A stretch of 64,000 nt of DNA from Candidatus Latescibacterota bacterium (GTDB taxonomy: Bacteria; Latescibacterota; UBA2968; GCA-2709665): assembly GCA_965219995.1 (NCBI GenBank), contig CBDCOX010000002.1, positions 2,368,001 to 2,432,000 on the forward strand. The letters run 5' to 3'. Made by a program: the position numbers and the translations under genes. Position 1 is the stretch's first letter, and every line of letters starts with the position of its first letter. Shown piece by piece: positions 38,729-49,350 of the stretch. The notes beneath the pieces were generated by a model. That model was not told the DNA's origin and ran no database searches. It saw nothing but the letters and a program-made list of their open reading frames with translations.

Positions 38729-41182
38729 ATGAGGACCTTCCGGGAACAAAGCCGGCTCATCGGCGCCCTCGTTTTTCTCATCACGTGTTTCGTCTACGTC
38801 CGAACCGTTGCACCCACGGTCACCTTCTGGGACACCGGCGAGTTCATCGCAGCCTCGTATATCCTTGGCGTCCCCCACCCTCCCGGCGCGCCTTTTCATA
38901 CCCTCCTGGGCCGGATTTTCACCCTCTTCGCGGATCCCGATCGCGTCGCATTCAGCGTCAACCTGATTTCCGTCCTTGCCGGCGCCGCCACGGCGCTCCT
39001 GCTTTTCCTGTGCAGCGTCCGTCTGCTCACGCGGTGGCTGAGACCCGACCGGTTATCCGACCGCATCGCCATCCTGACCGGCGGCGCGGTCGCTGCATTG
39101 TCCGCCGCATTCTCGACCTCCTTCTGGGCAAATGCCACCGAGGCGGAAGTCTACGCGCTGTCCATGCTCTTCACCGTCCTGGCATTCTACCTGGCCCTGA
39201 GATGGGACGGCGCGCCCGAGGACAGGAATCGCGACCGTCTGCTGATTTTCATCGTCTACCTGTTCTTTCTCGGCGCCGGCGTGCATCTGCAGTGCCTGCT
39301 CACCGTGCCCGGAATCCTCATCCTGGTCTTCTCCGACCTGCTCAAGAGCCGGTCCGCCTCGGTTCAGGCAGCGGTCGTCATCGGGCTGACGGGTTTTCCT
39401 TTTCTGTGCATCATCTCCAATATCTATCTGACCGCTTTGCTGATACTGGCCGTGCTTGCGGGCCTCCTGATATTGCGTCCGGCATGGCGTGGCCCCGCGT
39501 TCTGGCTGTGCGCCCTGGGGATGATCGTCCTCGGATATTCCACGTACGTCATGCTCTACATCCGCTCAGGCCTGAACCCCTTTGTGGACATGAACAACCC
39601 CGAGACCTACGAGAATTTCAAGGCCTTCCTCACCCGCCAGCAATACGGCGTTCACAGCATCTTCCCCCGCCGGGGTGATTTCTGGGACTTTCAGTTCAAC
39701 ATATACGTCAAATATTTCCTCCAGCAATTCCCGTTTTACGATCAGGGGCTCGTCGGTCGCTTCTTTTCTGAGACACTGCCCGGGTTTACGGAACGATTTG
39801 CCATCGGAGAGATGCTGTCCGGGACGTTCCGCAGGGCCGTGGCCAACATGGACGGCAACCGGGAGACCATCGCGTATTCGGTGGTCCCCGTTCTCCTGGG
39901 CGTCGGCGGGGCCATCAGTCACTTCCGCAGAGACTGGAAGCGTTTTGCCAGCGTGTTCGCCATGTTCCTGCTCATGGGGATCGGCCTGGTCGTGTATCTG
40001 AATATGCCGGATCCGGAACCCCGCGAACGGGAGTATATCTTCCTTGGCGCCTACACATTTTTCGGACTGTGGATCGGCGGCGGGGCCGCCGCCCTCATCA
40101 GCGGCGCGGCACGCGGGCATGCCGCGGTTCCGGCAGCCGTGCTCGTGGCGGCCCTGTGTCTCGTCATTCCGATCGGGCTTCTGCAGAACAATTACTTCGA
40201 GCGCGACCGCAGCGGAGACTTCATCGCACACGACTACGCCCGCAACATTCTGGACTCCTGCGAGCCCGACGCCATGCTCTTCACCAACGGAGACAACGAC
40301 ACCTACCCGTTGTGGTTTCTCCAGTATGTGCAAGGTTTTCGCCGGGACGTCCGGGTGGTCAACCTCAGCCTGCTCAAAACGCCCTGGTACGTCAAACAAC
40401 TGCGCGACCTGGATCCCATGCTTCCCATCCGGATGACGAATGCAGCCATCGAAGGGCAGGTGATCGCCCGCCCCTGGCCGAATCGATTCGACATCCCCCT
40501 GGCCGACAGCACGATTGTCGTCAAGGCCGAAGACATACCCATCACCGAATTCCCGGTGGGTAACCGACGCGTGAGCGTTCTCGAGTCCCACACGTTTATG
40601 ATCTGGTACCTGGTTGCTCAAAACAACTGGCAGCGGCCGATATATTTCGCGGTGACGGTCCCCGAACGCAACATGGGCGGTCTAAGGTCCTATCTGTCCA
40701 TGGAAGGCATGGTGTACCGTCTCGTCAGGCAGCGCGCCCCCGGACAGTTCGACGCTGACCTGACCTCCAGGCACCTGCTCGAGAATTACCGCTATACAGG
40801 CATCGCGGACCCCGGCGTCTACAAGGACCCGGTCGCGAGGCGCCTCATCAGCAATTATCTGGTCATCTTCGAAGGACTTGTGCGAGCGATGCATCTCCAG
40901 GACCGGCCGTCCGAAGCCCTGCGCATCATCGAGGTCGCAAAGCGAACCATCCCTCCCGAATCGGTGGGGTCCGATGTGTGGTATTCACTGATGCACACCA
41001 GTTACCGGCAGCTTGCCGTCAGCTATCTGCGCGCCGGAAAGAGAGACAGTGCAATCCTCTGCCTCGAGGAACTGATTCGCATCAGTCCCCGCGAGGAAGA
41101 ACGAAATCGCCTTCGTGAGGATATCGGGTCCCTGATTACCCCGTCCGAAACGGAACCGGAGGCAGATGCGCAGGGCAGATAG
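38729..41182 (+). CDS. DUF2723 / TMEM260-like GT-C protein O-glycosyltransferase, copy 2
   Basis: Same motifs and same 817-aa length as copy 1. Confidence 0.9.
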   Translation: MRTFREQSRLIGALVFLITCFVYVRTVAPTVTFWDTGEFIAASYILGVPHPPGAPFHTLLGRIFTLFADPDRVAFSVNLISVLAGAATALLLFLCSVRLLTRWLRPDRLSDRIAILTGGAVAALSAAFSTSFWANATEAEVYALSMLFTVLAFYLALRWDGAPEDRNRDRLLIFIVYLFFLGAGVHLQCLLTVPGILILVFSDLLKSRSASVQAAVVIGLTGFPFLCIISNIYLTALLILAVLAGLLILRPAWRGPAFWLCALGMIVLGYSTYVMLYIRSGLNPFVDMNNPETYENFKAFLTRQQYGVHSIFPRRGDFWDFQFNIYVKYFLQQFPFYDQGLVGRFFSETLPGFTERFAIGEMLSGTFRRAVANMDGNRETIAYSVVPVLLGVGGAISHFRRDWKRFASVFAMFLLMGIGLVVYLNMPDPEPREREYIFLGAYTFFGLWIGGGAAALISGAARGHAAVPAAVLVAALCLVIPIGLLQNNYFERDRSGDFIAHDYARNILDSCEPDAMLFTNGDNDTYPLWFLQYVQGFRRDVRVVNLSLLKTPWYVKQLRDLDPMLPIRMTNAAIEGQVIARPWPNRFDIPLADSTIVVKAEDIPITEFPVGNRRVSVLESHTFMIWYLVAQNNWQRPIYFAVTVPERNMGGLRSYLSMEGMVYRLVRQRAPGQFDADLTSRHLLENYRYTGIADPGVYKDPVARRLISNYLVIFEGLVRAMHLQDRPSEALRIIEVAKRTIPPESVGSDVWYSLMHTSYRQLAVSYLRAGKRDSAILCLEELIRISPREEERNRLREDIGSLITPSETEPEADAQGR

Positions 41183-41198
41183 CAGGAAACGGCGACGT

Positions 41199-41252
41199 CG
41201 CACGAGGAAGGGCCGCCTGGATTTCCCAGGCGGCCCTTCCTCGTGCGGTTTT
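41199..41252. terminator. Hairpin terminator between convergent genes
   Basis: 22-bp perfect stem cgcacgaggaagggccgcctgg / ccaggcggcccttcctcgtgcg with 5-nt loop atttc, then gtttt. Confidence 0.85.
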
Positions 41253-41275
41253 CATCCGGCGTTACTCCATTGTTG

Positions 41276-41956
41276 CTAAGGCCTCTTGAATCCTCGCGCG
41301 TGCCTGCGCATCAGGAGGTAACCCGCAATAAACCCGCCGATATGGGCATACCACGCGACGCCCCCGCCCACGCCGCCCGAATCCGCCGAAGCGCTCACCA
41401 GCTGGATGATGAACCAAACGCCCAGAACCAGCAGCGCTGGCACACGCACGATCTGGATGAAGAACAGGAGGAAGACGAAAACGTGTACCCGGGCACCCGG
41501 GAATCGCGCCAGATAGGCCCCGAGGACTCCCGCAATCGCCCCGCTGGCGCCCACCATGGGAATCGTGGAATCAGGATCCGAGAGCACATGGCCAAGCGAG
41601 GCCGCCACGCCGCAGAAAACGTAGAACAACAGAAACTTCAGCCTCCCCAGCGTGTCCTCGACGTTGTTCCCGAAAATCCAGAGATAAAGCATGTTGCCGC
41701 CCAGATGCATCCAGCCACCGTGCATGAACATCGCCGTCAGGAACGTAAGATAGAGCGGGAACGGCGTTGGCGAAATGGCGTCCACGCCATGGGTGACTTC
41801 AAAGGGAATCAGCCCCATCCGCAGCGTAAATACGTCGAAACCGACGGATCCCAGGGCGATGGAATAGGAGAAAACCCCCACGTTCAGCAGCAGGATGCTC
41901 ACCGTGAATATGGGGGCGCGGCGTGTCGGATTGTCATCTTTGATGGGGAGTATCAT
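41276..41956 (-). CDS. Rhomboid family intramembrane serine protease
   Basis: MFMHGGWMHLGGNMLYLWIFG..VED, GASGA (Ser), AHIGGF (His). Confidence 0.93.
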   Translation of the reverse strand: MILPIKDDNPTRRAPIFTVSILLLNVGVFSYSIALGSVGFDVFTLRMGLIPFEVTHGVDAISPTPFPLYLTFLTAMFMHGGWMHLGGNMLYLWIFGNNVEDTLGRLKFLLFYVFCGVAASLGHVLSDPDSTIPMVGASGAIAGVLGAYLARFPGARVHVFVFLLFFIQIVRVPALLVLGVWFIIQLVSASADSGGVGGGVAWYAHIGGFIAGYLLMRRHARGFKRP

Positions 41957-41960
41957 CTAC

Positions 41961-44240
41961 CTATCGTACCGTGAACGAACGCACCGCACGGCCGCGGTTG
42001 CCGCAGGCGTCCGTTACCACAACTTCCAACCTGTGGTTTCCGGGCGGAAGCGGTTGCCTGGGCCGGGCTTTCACCTGACCCGTTTCGGGATCGTACTCCG
42101 CGATCAGCCGTTTTCCGTCCAACCGCATCAGTATATCCTGCTCCCGTCGGATTCCCGATCCCGAGTCGCCGATCCTGGCGACGAGCACGGGCCGTCTGAC
42201 GGCAACCTTCGCGCCTCGCTCCGGTCGCTGTATCCTCACCCGGGGAGGGATCTCGTCCAGCAACAGCGCAAAGGTGGAAAAACTCGGGACCTCGGCAGCC
42301 AAGGCATGGCGCCCCCGAACCGCGCGGTTGCCCACGAATACCCACGCTCCCCTCCCGGCTAACCGATAGATGCCCAACCGCTCCGGCCGGTTGAAATCCG
42401 ACGGGTAACGCAGTACGATTTCGGCCTTGCGACGGAATGGCACATCCTCAGGCCCGAACCGGTAACGGGATCCAACCAGCGGAAGGCGTTTTGCTCCTTT
42501 TCCGGGAGTCGCCGCGATTCGTCCGAAGAAGGGCCGGTAGACTTCGCCGGCGTCGAAACGGGCTTCCGCCATGCCGTCCGCCGAACGAACGACCCCGCCC
42601 GACCGCCGCACCGGCGTCTGGACCAGGCGAACGGCGCGTCGACCCGGACTGCCTTTCAGATCGACCGCGGACAGGACCGCTTCAACCCGGCCGTCGACCG
42701 CGGGATCGAACGGCACCACGCACTCGTATCGGTGCAGGCTCCGCTGAAGCACCTCCGCCGTGGTCACCCTGCTCGAAGGCCAACGCAGGGCAACCTCCGG
42801 GCCAGCAGACAAGAGCCGCTTCGAAACGATATTCAACACCGCGAATTCGGGAAAATAGCGAACCGTGCATTCCAGCAGGTCGTCCGTCGCCGTGCGGTTC
42901 GCCATCGAAACGGGCGCACAGACGCGAAAACCCTCCGCCTTCTGCCGGTCCCGGGCGCGCACCCTGTAGACCGCACCGGGGGTGTGGGCGAATTCCACGT
43001 CGATCCTGTCGAGGGCGTCCACGTCGGCCTCGCGAATGTGACCCCAGGAACGACCGGCATCTACAGACCGTTCCACAACGACCGTTTTCAGATTTCCGTC
43101 CAGCACCCGCGCCCGCGCCCGAACGGAACGGCCGTTCAATTCGGCGCGCGCCTCCGGCACGCGCGGAACCTCGTTCACGATGACGTCGAGGTCGGCGAGG
43201 GAGCGGTTCCCGGCCACGTCTTCAACCACCACCCGAATGCGGTTCCTGCCCGGGACCAGCGCAACGCCGCGACCGGTGGGCGGAGCCTCCGCATACAGGA
43301 CGCCGTCTCCCACCTTGAACTTCCCGTACATGGGTAGCTGATTGCCGTCAGAACGGTACAGGTTGTGATACAGGCCGGCGCCGCGCTTTTTCAGGGCAAA
43401 ATTACGATCCAGCTCGACCTGGTTGACCTGATTGTACGCGAAGACCTCGTACCTGGTCTCGAAGACCTCACGGTCGTTTATGAACAGTCTCAAACGGTAC
43501 GGAGAGAAGCGGTTGCTAAGCACCGTGGCGTCGGCCTGATCGTACGTCTTCACACACACTCCAATGCGCCCGCCGATCATGGGCGCCTTCCGCGCGACGT
43601 AGCGTTTGAGTTTCGGACGCCATTGTACGCCGATCGTGACCGGGACCAGTCCATCCGAAACCCTGGAATCAGCGTCCATCGGGATCAGAGCCAGAGACTG
43701 TATGGTCGGCGCAATGGTGTCCTTTACGTCGAAGCCGTGAAGCAACCCGTTGATCGGACGCTGATGCTCATCGCGTATTTCAAAATGCAGATGCGGTACG
43801 CCGCTGCCGGTGCTGCCGGAAAATCCGAGCGTCTCCCCGCGTTTGACTCGAATCTGGTTCGGCTTAAAGAAGAGATTAACGCTATATAATCCCCGCCGGT
43901 CCTGTTCGGCCTCGACGTGGGTCTGAACCCGGGAGGCAAAAGCCGAAAGGTGTGCATAGACCGCCGTTCGGCCGTCCTGCAACCTGATGTAGATTACCTT
44001 GCCGTATCCCCAGGGCGAGGTCCGCACGCGCCAGACGAATCCGTCGTCCACCGCCAGCACCGGATATCCTTCCTTCCCCCACGTCTTGAAATCCAGTCCC
44101 GCGTGGAAGCGCCGGGGCCGGTATTCTCCGAAGGAAGAGTTGAGCGCGGGCGGCGCCGCCATCGGCCAATGGTAATCTGCGGCTTCCGCGATGCCTGAAT
44201 TCACCAGGCAAAGAAACCATATCAAAGGAGTTGCGCGCAT
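41961..44240 (-). CDS. M23 family metallopeptidase with C-terminal Ig-like domains
   Basis: SFGEYR..RFHAGLD (HxxxD), YAHLS, SGSTG...PHLHFEIR (HxH); signal peptide. Confidence 0.9.
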   Translation of the reverse strand: MRATPLIWFLCLVNSGIAEAADYHWPMAAPPALNSSFGEYRPRRFHAGLDFKTWGKEGYPVLAVDDGFVWRVRTSPWGYGKVIYIRLQDGRTAVYAHLSAFASRVQTHVEAEQDRRGLYSVNLFFKPNQIRVKRGETLGFSGSTGSGVPHLHFEIRDEHQRPINGLLHGFDVKDTIAPTIQSLALIPMDADSRVSDGLVPVTIGVQWRPKLKRYVARKAPMIGGRIGVCVKTYDQADATVLSNRFSPYRLRLFINDREVFETRYEVFAYNQVNQVELDRNFALKKRGAGLYHNLYRSDGNQLPMYGKFKVGDGVLYAEAPPTGRGVALVPGRNRIRVVVEDVAGNRSLADLDVIVNEVPRVPEARAELNGRSVRARARVLDGNLKTVVVERSVDAGRSWGHIREADVDALDRIDVEFAHTPGAVYRVRARDRQKAEGFRVCAPVSMANRTATDDLLECTVRYFPEFAVLNIVSKRLLSAGPEVALRWPSSRVTTAEVLQRSLHRYECVVPFDPAVDGRVEAVLSAVDLKGSPGRRAVRLVQTPVRRSGGVVRSADGMAEARFDAGEVYRPFFGRIAATPGKGAKRLPLVGSRYRFGPEDVPFRRKAEIVLRYPSDFNRPERLGIYRLAGRGAWVFVGNRAVRGRHALAAEVPSFSTFALLLDEIPPRVRIQRPERGAKVAVRRPVLVARIGDSGSGIRREQDILMRLDGKRLIAEYDPETGQVKARPRQPLPPGNHRLEVVVTDACGNRGRAVRSFTVR

Positions 44241-44302
44241 CTTTTACGGACCTCCCCGTCCGACGATAGGTGCGGTCATTTCGTTCGGATCATATGCGAC
44301 TC

Positions 44303-44331
44303 AGTATAGGTATTTTGTCCTTCAGGGTCAA
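44303..44331 (-). promoter_or_regulatory. Putative sigma70 promoter for the M23-rhomboid genes
   Basis: Minus strand reads TTGACC-17 nt-TATACT. Confidence 0.6.
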
Positions 44332-44473
44332 GCACGCGCCGGCTTTTTCGCAACGAACAAAAAAAACTTGCCTGCAAACCCGGCTTCCTATAATTTACTG
44401 TGTTGTTATATAGTTATGCGGTTGCCGCGCTTTCCTACCGCCTCTTTTCCATCCACCGGAGGGTGTTCATCCC

Positions 44474-46294
44474 ATGCTCAAGAACCTGCGCAACGTGGTC
44501 CTGATCAAAGCCATGATGTGGATCGTTGCCATTTCCTTCGTGGCGTTGATGGTATTCGACTGGGGCGCCGGCGGAATGACCTGTGCCGGCCCCGGCGATA
44601 CCGTGGGTGTCATCAACGGTCAGAAGATCAGCCACCAGCAATTCGTCGAAGCCCTCCGCGACGCCTCACGGCAGGCCAAGTCCGGCAACAATACCGAACC
44701 GGAAGAGAGCCAGCTTATCAGTCAGATCTGGGACCAGATGGTCGCCCAGATCCTGTATGCCCAGCAAATCGAAGCCCATGAAATTGCGGTCTCCGATGCC
44801 GAAGTCAACTTCATCAATCGGAATCAGCCGGTCGAATGGGTGCGCAACCAGGAAGTCTTTCAGACGGACGGCAAATTCGATCCGGAGAAATACGGCAGGT
44901 TCCTGGACGACCCCGGCACGTACTCAAGCCCCGAGAGAAACCAGTTCGTACTCAGCGCCGAATACGCCGTACGTCAGGCCGTTCTCATCAGCAAGCTCCA
45001 GGAGATGGTCGCCGGCGGGGTGAGGGTCACATCGGCGGAGGTGCGGGAAGCATTCGTGCGGCAGGAGGAGAAAGTTCGCGTGGCCTACGCGTCCATCGAG
45101 GCGTATTCCATCGCCGATTCGCTGGTTTCTGTTTCGGACGATCAGGTCCAGGCCTATTACAGCGGACACCTGGATGAATTCCATCGCGAAGCGGCCGTCA
45201 ATGCCTCGTTCGTTGCCTTCGAAAAGAAGCCTTCCGCGGCCGATGAAGCCAATGCGGAGGACGAGATCCGCGACCTGCTCGCCGAAATCCGCGCCGGCGG
45301 AGAGTTCGCCGCGCTGGCCCGGAGTCATTCGGACGATCCCGGCAGCGCGGAACGCGGCGGCGATCTGGGATTCTTCGGACGCGGAAGGATGGTCAAGCCG
45401 TTTGAGGAGGCGGCCTTTGCTCTCGAACCCGGTGCAATCTCGGAACCCGTACGTTCCCAGTTCGGATGGCACATCCTCAAGGTCGAGGAACGGAAAGGCG
45501 AGGGTGACGGGCTTGAGGTCCGCGCCAGGCACATCCTGCTGAAAATCCGGCCGGGCAGGGACACGCTGGACAGCCTCCGTCTTGAGTCCGAACGCTTCCA
45601 GGAGCGCGCGGACGAATCCGACTTCCTCACGGCCGTGGCCGAACAGAGCCTGCAGGCGAAAGAAACCGGTTTCATCACCGCCGGCGGGTACTTCCCCCTG
45701 CTGGGCAATCGGACGTCCGGGCTGGTCAACTCCTTTCTCAGCGCTTCCCCGGGCAGGGTTTCCCCCCCGTACGAGACCGAACAGGGGATTTACGTCTTCG
45801 TCCTTCTCGACCGGCGGGTAGCCGGGCCGCAACCGTTGGACGAGGTCTACAACCGCATTGCGACCAAACTGAAGACCACGGAAAAGGTCAACATTGCATC
45901 CACCCGCCTGGCCCCCCTGCTCGAGGAAGTCAGGTCGGGAGAAAGCCTGGAAGAAGCGGCGCATCGTCGCGACATTCGCTTTGCCGAGTCCAAGCCCTTC
46001 AGCCGGGACGACTTCGTGCAGGGCGTCGGCCGCAGGAACGCATTTACAGGCGCGGCTTTCCGGCTGGAAACAGGAACCACCAGCGGCGTCGTCGCCACGG
46101 ACCGGGGCGCATACGTGCTGCAGCTGTTGGAAAAAGAGCCGATTGACGAAGTTGAATTCAAGGTGGAAGTGCCGAAACTGGTCGAACGCCTGCGGGCGGA
46201 AAAACAGAACCAGGTCCTGGCAGCCTGGTTCAGCGACCTCAAAGAGCAGGCGGAAATCATCGACAATCGGCATCTGTTTTACTCGAATTTCTGA
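44474..46294 (+). CDS. ppiD: PpiD/SurA-like parvulin peptidyl-prolyl isomerase chaperone
   Basis: N-terminal TM anchor, [52 protein letters not shown]. Confidence 0.88.
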   Translation: MLKNLRNVVLIKAMMWIVAISFVALMVFDWGAGGMTCAGPGDTVGVINGQKISHQQFVEALRDASRQAKSGNNTEPEESQLISQIWDQMVAQILYAQQIEAHEIAVSDAEVNFINRNQPVEWVRNQEVFQTDGKFDPEKYGRFLDDPGTYSSPERNQFVLSAEYAVRQAVLISKLQEMVAGGVRVTSAEVREAFVRQEEKVRVAYASIEAYSIADSLVSVSDDQVQAYYSGHLDEFHREAAVNASFVAFEKKPSAADEANAEDEIRDLLAEIRAGGEFAALARSHSDDPGSAERGGDLGFFGRGRMVKPFEEAAFALEPGAISEPVRSQFGWHILKVEERKGEGDGLEVRARHILLKIRPGRDTLDSLRLESERFQERADESDFLTAVAEQSLQAKETGFITAGGYFPLLGNRTSGLVNSFLSASPGRVSPPYETEQGIYVFVLLDRRVAGPQPLDEVYNRIATKLKTTEKVNIASTRLAPLLEEVRSGESLEEAAHRRDIRFAESKPFSRDDFVQGVGRRNAFTGAAFRLETGTTSGVVATDRGAYVLQLLEKEPIDEVEFKVEVPKLVERLRAEKQNQVLAAWFSDLKEQAEIIDNRHLFYSNF

Positions 46295-46355
46295 GTGGAG
46301 CACGGGCCAGCCCGCGCGCTCCTTATCCGTCGTCTCATTGTACAGGACGCCTCGC

Positions 46356-47054
46356 GTGGCCGTAATTACCGTCTCACGTCAGCTCGGGAGTATCGGAGAC
46401 CTGGTCGCTCGCCGGGCATCGGAAGTTCTCGGTTACGACTTCGTGGACAAGAACATCATCACCGAAGTCGCGCGAGAAGCCAATGTGCCGGAATCCGAAG
46501 TCGAAAAATTCGACGAGCGGACGCAGAGCGCGGTAAAGCGATTCATCCACAGCCTGATCGTGCCTTCCCGGTCTGTTCCGACACCGCCGGCGATGCTCTG
46601 GGGGCTGGAGTTTCCCTACGAAGTGTCGGCCGCGCTCCTGTCCAGTGACGCGACAACCAACGAGGAAAAACACCTTCTGGACCAGCGGGACTATCTCAGG
46701 TTTCTTCAAGCCACGGTCCATCGTCTTCGCAAACGCGACAGGGTCATCATCGTAGGTCGAGGGGGCCAGGCCATCCTAAGGGATGACCCCGATACGCTTC
46801 ATGTCCGCACCGTAGCCCCCCTTGAGAAACGTATCCAGGTCGTCGTGGAACGCCAGAACCTGCGAAGCGGTAAAGAGGCAAGAGAACTGATTCAGAAGAG
46901 CGACAGGCGGCGGTCCGCCTACCTTAAGGACAACTATCAAATCAACTGGGACGATCCCGGGCTGTACCACGTCGTTCTGAATACGGGACGGGCCTCCCTC
47001 GAGTCCGCCGCCCGTACCATCCAGCATGCCGCAGGCGTACTCGGTCTTGCCTGA
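46356..47054 (+). CDS. Cytidylate kinase-like family protein
   Basis: GTG start; VITVSRQLGS.G, IIVGRGGQAIL, SDRRRS.Y, YHVVLNT. Confidence 0.85.
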   Translation: MAVITVSRQLGSIGDLVARRASEVLGYDFVDKNIITEVAREANVPESEVEKFDERTQSAVKRFIHSLIVPSRSVPTPPAMLWGLEFPYEVSAALLSSDATTNEEKHLLDQRDYLRFLQATVHRLRKRDRVIIVGRGGQAILRDDPDTLHVRTVAPLEKRIQVVVERQNLRSGKEARELIQKSDRRRSAYLKDNYQINWDDPGLYHVVLNTGRASLESAARTIQHAAGVLGLA

Positions 47055-47167
47055 GTACGCCTGCGGACGTTCCGTTCCACCGGTTACCGCCGGCGCTTTC
47101 CGCCAGGACCACACGCTCACCGCTGCCAATCCCGGTCCATCACACCGACGGCGCGAGGGTTCAGACC

Positions 47168-49276
47168 ATGCCACCTGAAATCAGCCGCTCAAGAATGCGT
47201 TCCATTGCGAACAAGGACCTCTTCGCGGCGATTCGCCTGAAAGGGGCGGGCCTGAAACACGTCCGCAAAGCGGTGAAAGCCGGAAAGTGGAACAAAGCGG
47301 CCGCCGCCTGGGGCGATTACTTCTCCGTGCGGCAGGAACCCCTCAATATGGTCGCGCCTACGGGCGATACCCCCGATCCGGGATCCATTCGGGAGGCTGA
47401 ACGCGTCGTCGCTCACGAAATCCGCGGCTGGCACGACCTGACCTACAAGTTTGGTAAAGAGGTCGACTTCAATGCAAATTGGGGACGATCGGGCATCTAT
47501 GGCACCCATTACTGGGGGTGGTCCGAATGCCTTCGGGTCGCTTACGGGCAGACGGGCGACCCCCGCTACGTGGAATGTTTCGACGATCTGTTCAATCAGT
47601 GGTACGAGCAACGCAACGGCATAGACAACCCCGCCGGACACGACGTCATTTTCTATGAACTCGGCCTGGGCGGGCGCACGCCGCGGTTTATCGATCACTA
47701 CTTTGCGTATCGATCCACAGGCATCCTGCGACCGATCACCCACAGACGCATGCTGAAGACCGTTCTGGGGGCCGGGCGGTGGCTCTATCTGCTTGAAAGG
47801 GATGACGGTTATCGCAGCGGGAACTGGCAGATGTGCGGCTCGTGGGCGCTGGTTTACGCGGGGGGCCTCTTCCCCGAATTCAGGGAGGCGGAAAGCTGGG
47901 TAAAGATTGGCGTGGAACGCCTGCTCGAACACGTTGACAGAGATTTTTATGCCGATGGCTGCCACCACGAGCGCGCTTCCGGCTATGGGGCGTGGTGCAC
48001 CCGTATCAGCGAGGATCTCCTGGCATTCTCGGAGCAGAATCCTGCCGTCGAAGTCGAGCCCGACCTGCGTAAAGCCATCATCCGGATGTACGACTGGTTC
48101 CTGGCCACCACGACCCCGCTGGGTGAATCCCAGGGATTCAACGATGGCGGGATCGGACCTCAGGACGGCATCTTGCGGCGCGCTGCCGAATTTACCGGGG
48201 ACGGCCGATACCTCTGGCCGGTGCGCGAGAGGATCAAATCGGTCTCCGGAGTCCGTCCGAAAAAACCTGATTATACCTCCATCGACAAACGCCCTTCCGG
48301 TTTTGCAGTTATGCGTTCAGACTGGGATGCGGATGCCTGTTATCTTCTCGTCAATTACGGGCCGTGGGGCGGCGGCCATACCCACAACGACCTGCTCGAT
48401 TTCACGATCTATGCCCATGGCGCACCTGTGGCCGTAGAGACGACCCGGTGGGGACCCTACGACAACCCGCTCGATCAGTATTTTCGTTCTCCCCAGGCCC
48501 ACAACCAGGTCGTGGTCAACGACGCGCCGATGGATCGGGTCCATTACCGCGGAGAGGACGCCGCCTGGGCGACCGGAAAACACATTGACCATTTTTCCGC
48601 ATCCCACCGCGCCTACGAACGGCAGTACGGCACCCGCGTACAGCGACGGATCACGTTTCTTAAGCCGGACTATTTCCTCGTTTCCGACGCCGTCTTCGAA
48701 GGTCCCCAGCATCAAGCCTACACCTGGTACCTGCATGCCCCAAACCGGTGGAAGGGAACCCGGAGCCGTTTGCTCACCTCCGGCCGCCCGGGATTGCAGG
48801 CCGTACCCGCAAAACCCTCTGAGATCCATTACGTCCGCCGCGGGACTTCCTACGAAGCAAAGGACGGCACACCAGGCAACTATCCAAACCGGTACTGGGT
48901 CGGTCTGCAGAAATGGGTCATGGGGGAGGGCGCGAACGCCGTTGTGTACGACGTCGCCCTGGTTCCATTCAAGACCGGGCCGGAACAGGTCAAAGTGACC
49001 CGGCGCAGGGCCAGCATCGACGGAAAACCCTGCCGCCCCGAAATCGCCCGAGGCGTCCGGGCCCGGCGCGGCGACAGCACCGATCTTGTCGTTTACGGCG
49101 TGGACGGCAAAACCACGGAATGCGACGGTCTCACCTTCACCGGTACGCTCTGTGTTCTCACCTTTCACGATGAGCGGCCGGTCCGCGCCTCGGTACTCGA
49201 CGGCGGCGACGTCGCCTACAACGGATCCCCTCTGATTCGCACGAACCGCGCCGGACTCACGGAGCGCAACCTGTAG
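47168..49276 (+). CDS. Heparinase II/III family polysaccharide lyase
   Basis: GNWQ, DGCHHERASGY, SGFAVMRSDW, GHTHNDLLDF, AHNQVVVN; no evident signal peptide. Confidence 0.85.
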   Translation: MPPEISRSRMRSIANKDLFAAIRLKGAGLKHVRKAVKAGKWNKAAAAWGDYFSVRQEPLNMVAPTGDTPDPGSIREAERVVAHEIRGWHDLTYKFGKEVDFNANWGRSGIYGTHYWGWSECLRVAYGQTGDPRYVECFDDLFNQWYEQRNGIDNPAGHDVIFYELGLGGRTPRFIDHYFAYRSTGILRPITHRRMLKTVLGAGRWLYLLERDDGYRSGNWQMCGSWALVYAGGLFPEFREAESWVKIGVERLLEHVDRDFYADGCHHERASGYGAWCTRISEDLLAFSEQNPAVEVEPDLRKAIIRMYDWFLATTTPLGESQGFNDGGIGPQDGILRRAAEFTGDGRYLWPVRERIKSVSGVRPKKPDYTSIDKRPSGFAVMRSDWDADACYLLVNYGPWGGGHTHNDLLDFTIYAHGAPVAVETTRWGPYDNPLDQYFRSPQAHNQVVVNDAPMDRVHYRGEDAAWATGKHIDHFSASHRAYERQYGTRVQRRITFLKPDYFLVSDAVFEGPQHQAYTWYLHAPNRWKGTRSRLLTSGRPGLQAVPAKPSEIHYVRRGTSYEAKDGTPGNYPNRYWVGLQKWVMGEGANAVVYDVALVPFKTGPEQVKVTRRRASIDGKPCRPEIARGVRARRGDSTDLVVYGVDGKTTECDGLTFTGTLCVLTFHDERPVRASVLDGGDVAYNGSPLIRTNRAGLTERNL

Positions 49277-49350
49277 CCGGCATCCGGAACCGCAATGCGA
49301 ACCGGAGACGGCCGAATTCGGGCAACTTACCTCGGGGACGGAACACTCCC

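Larger units (their letters stand above)
35357..41182 (+). repeat. Tandem duplication, period 2933 bp (35357-38289 and 38290-41182)
   Basis: gccggcgcttg.cggaaccacccaaaacatatac occurs at 35357 and 38290; both gene pairs are offset by exactly 2933 nt with identical lengths. Confidence 0.97.

Noticed and set aside
35357-41182. Diversity-generating retroelement template/variable repeat pair
   Set aside because: The repeat is gene-sized, the differences are not adenine-specific and no reverse transcriptase is present.
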